DNA from: Centroscyllium fabricii
Lineage: Eukaryota
DNA length: 64,000 nt
Direction: 5' to 3'
NCBI GenBank assembly: GCA_051313645.2
Contig: JBNRSN020000019.1
Coordinates: 38,378,001-38,442,000 of the forward strand
The notes under the pieces were generated by a model, which did not search any database, had not been told where the DNA came from, and was given only the letters and a program-made list of their open reading frames with translations. Shown here one piece after another: positions 61,809 through 64,000 of the stretch. Within the stretch, counting starts at the first letter, position 1, and every line of letters starts with the position of its first letter. The translations under genes were made by a program, and so were the position numbers.

Positions 61809-62532
61809 GGCCCAGAAATTGCAGTGGAGCCTTTCATGCGGGTGCAGAGCTGCTTAACGCACTTTAATTGCCCATATTTACTTTTGATTTTTTGCACAGA
61901 GAAATTCCCGTTAGCCCTGCCTGTCAGAGTGGCTTTTGAGACCAGCTGATTGGCAGGGAGCCAATCAGTGGAAGGAATTCTCCGTTCAAAACTTCCACAG
62001 AGAAATCTGTGCGAGTTTTGAATGGAGAGATTCTCAAAAGACACCTAAACACAAAAATAAAATTTTACAAACACCACATTTTTTAAACATTACCCCAACT
62101 AACAAAAATAACCTATTTTAAAGAAAAAATAAAAATTTGCAGAATTTTTTTTTAAATTTCAAACAGATCTAAAAAAAATACTTACCTGTCTTTAAAGTTA
62201 TCAACAATTAAAAACCTGAAAAATCAACAATTAAAATCAATAAAGTATACACTTACCAGATGAAAACGGGTGTTAACGACTGCTTTTTCCAGCGTTGATT
62301 TCTCTTCGCTTGGTCTGCTGAAAAATCAAAAAAAAACATCGGGATGTCTGGTCGGTCCTGTAGTGCGATGCTCCCTGCGATGGACCTCGCAGGGAGCAGT
62401 GACCCACCCCCCCCCGCTGGGCGGCACAGGAAGTCCTGAAACGTGCGCACCGGCTCCTTCCTGTGGGTTTAAGCTCTGGTGCGCTCGCACCAGAGCTTAA
62501 ACCCGATATGCGATAACGGGAATTTCTGTGCC
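61809..62532 (-). mobile_element. Second MITE (ggcccagaaatt TIR) inserted 40 bp downstream
   Basis: Inverted termini; flanks ACT/AAT; removal restores TRCNISK. Confidence 0.85.
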
Positions 62533-64000
62533 AATATCTCCAAGCTTGCAGACGACACAAAGCTGGGTGGGCGGGTGTGTTGTGAGGTGGATGCTGAGAA
62601 ACTCCAGGATGATTTGGACAGGTTGGGTGATTGGGCAGAAGCATGGCAGATGCAATATAACGTGGATAAATATGAGGCTATCCACTTTGGTGGCAACTAC
62701 AAGAAGGCAGATTATTATCTGAATGGCAATAGATTGGGAGAAGGGGAAATGCAGCGAGACCTGGGTGTCCTTGTGCACCAGTCGCTGAAGGTAGGTATGC
62801 AGGTGCAGCAGGCAGTTAAGAAGATAAATGGTATGTTGGCCTTCGTAGCGAGAGAGTTTTGAGTACAGGAACAAGGATGTCTTGCTGCAGTTGTACAGGG
62901 CCTTGGTGAGACCTCATCTTGAATATTGTGTGCAGTTTTGGTCGCCTTATCTGGGGAAGGATGTTCTTGCCATAGAAGGAGTTCAGCGAAGATTCACCAG
63001 GCTGATACCTGGGATGGCAGGAATGACGTATAAGGAGAGATTGGGTCGATTAGGCTTATACTCGCTGGAGTTTAGAAGAATGAGAGGGGATCTCATTGAA
63101 ACTTATAAAATTCTGACAGGACTGGGCAGACTAGATGCAGGAAGGATGTTCCTGATGGTCGGGGAGTCCAGAACCAGAGGTCACAGCCTAAGGATAAGGG
63201 GGTAAGCCATTTAGGACAGAAATGAGGAGGAATTTCTTCACCCAGAGAGTGGTGAACCTGTGGAATTCTCAAATTATCTACCATAGAAGACAGTAGAGGC
63301 CAATTCAATAAATATATTCAAGGAGTTGGATATATTTCTTAAGGGTAAGGGGATCAAGGGGTATGGGGAGAAGGCAGGGACAGGATATTTAATTTGGATG
63401 GTCAGCCATGATCACATTGAATGGCGGAGCAGGCTCGAGGGGCCGAATGGCCTACTCCTGCTCCTATCTTCTATGTTTCTATGAATGGGCACCAGGATGC
63501 AACATTAGAAAGGGGAAATAAAGCGCTATAAGGATTAGGAGAGGCAGAGAGCACTAAAGTGAGAAATAGTAAGATATTAGAGAAAGTCAAACTAAGAGAG
63601 AGTACAGAATGGTCTAAGATGAATTTACAGTGTACAGGTATGTATGTGAACGCACGAAGCATAGTAAACAAGGTAAGTGAGCTGCAGGCACAAATAGCCA
63701 CATGGGAATATAACGTTGTGGCAATAACTGAGACCCGGCTCAAAAATGGGCAGGATTGCGTCTTAAATATTCCTGGTTATAAAGTGTTCAGGAATGATAG
63801 GGAAGGACAGAAAGTAGGTGGTGTGGCAGTATTGGTCAAGGAGATTGTTACAGTGCTGGGGGTGGGGGGGATGTCCTAGAGGGGTCAAGGACAGAATCTA
63901 TATGGCTAGAGAAATAATAGAGGTGCCATTACACTACTATGTGTATTCTATAGACCAACAAATAGTGGGAAAGATATGGAGGAGCAAATTTGCAGAGAAA

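Larger units (their letters stand above)
60743..63482 (+). mobile_element. 5'-truncated CR1 (same subfamily as 5506-9511) nested in the CR1 above
   Basis: Closely similar to 8143-9511; 7-bp TSD GAATGGG (60736-60742, 63483-63489). Confidence 0.9.
59240..64000 (+). mobile_element. CR1 LINE with 5' UTR, ORF1 (59776-60725) and the start of ORF2 (APE, from about 63619), split by a nested CR1
   Basis: ORF1 Zn-finger, VVGDS, STND, DGLHLN; ORF2 YVNARSIVNK, VAITET; rejoins across duplicated GAATGGG. Confidence 0.88.

Noticed and set aside
44625-64000. Upstream IQSEC exon (expected to end near YRIGLNLFN)
   Set aside because: Not found in any frame I could read; presumably beyond the window.

Overview
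Vertebrate genomic DNA, most likely a cartilaginous fish (inferred from the repeat repertoire). It is almost entirely intronic sequence of a minus-strand IQSEC-family ARF-GEF gene (best match IQSEC3). Two Sec7-domain exons (44463-44624 and 3514-3636) are joined by a 40.8-kb intron. Most of the rest is nested, decayed transposable elements: CR1 LINEs, a second CR1-group (Crack/L2-like) LINE, Penelope-like fragments with hammerhead-ribozyme remnants, three full-length Gypsy/Ty3 LTR retrotransposons, four solo LTRs, three PIF/Harbinger copies (Myb/SANT gene, one with the transposase) and many Harbinger-type MITEs. The strongest candidate for something undescribed is the Gypsy element at 34512-39423. 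It has no tRNA primer-binding site. Instead the 13 nt at the PBS position are exactly complementary to the poly(A)-signal region of its own LTR and close a three-hairpin cloverleaf, which is the geometry expected for self-priming. All calls were made by eye, without database searches or folding software.
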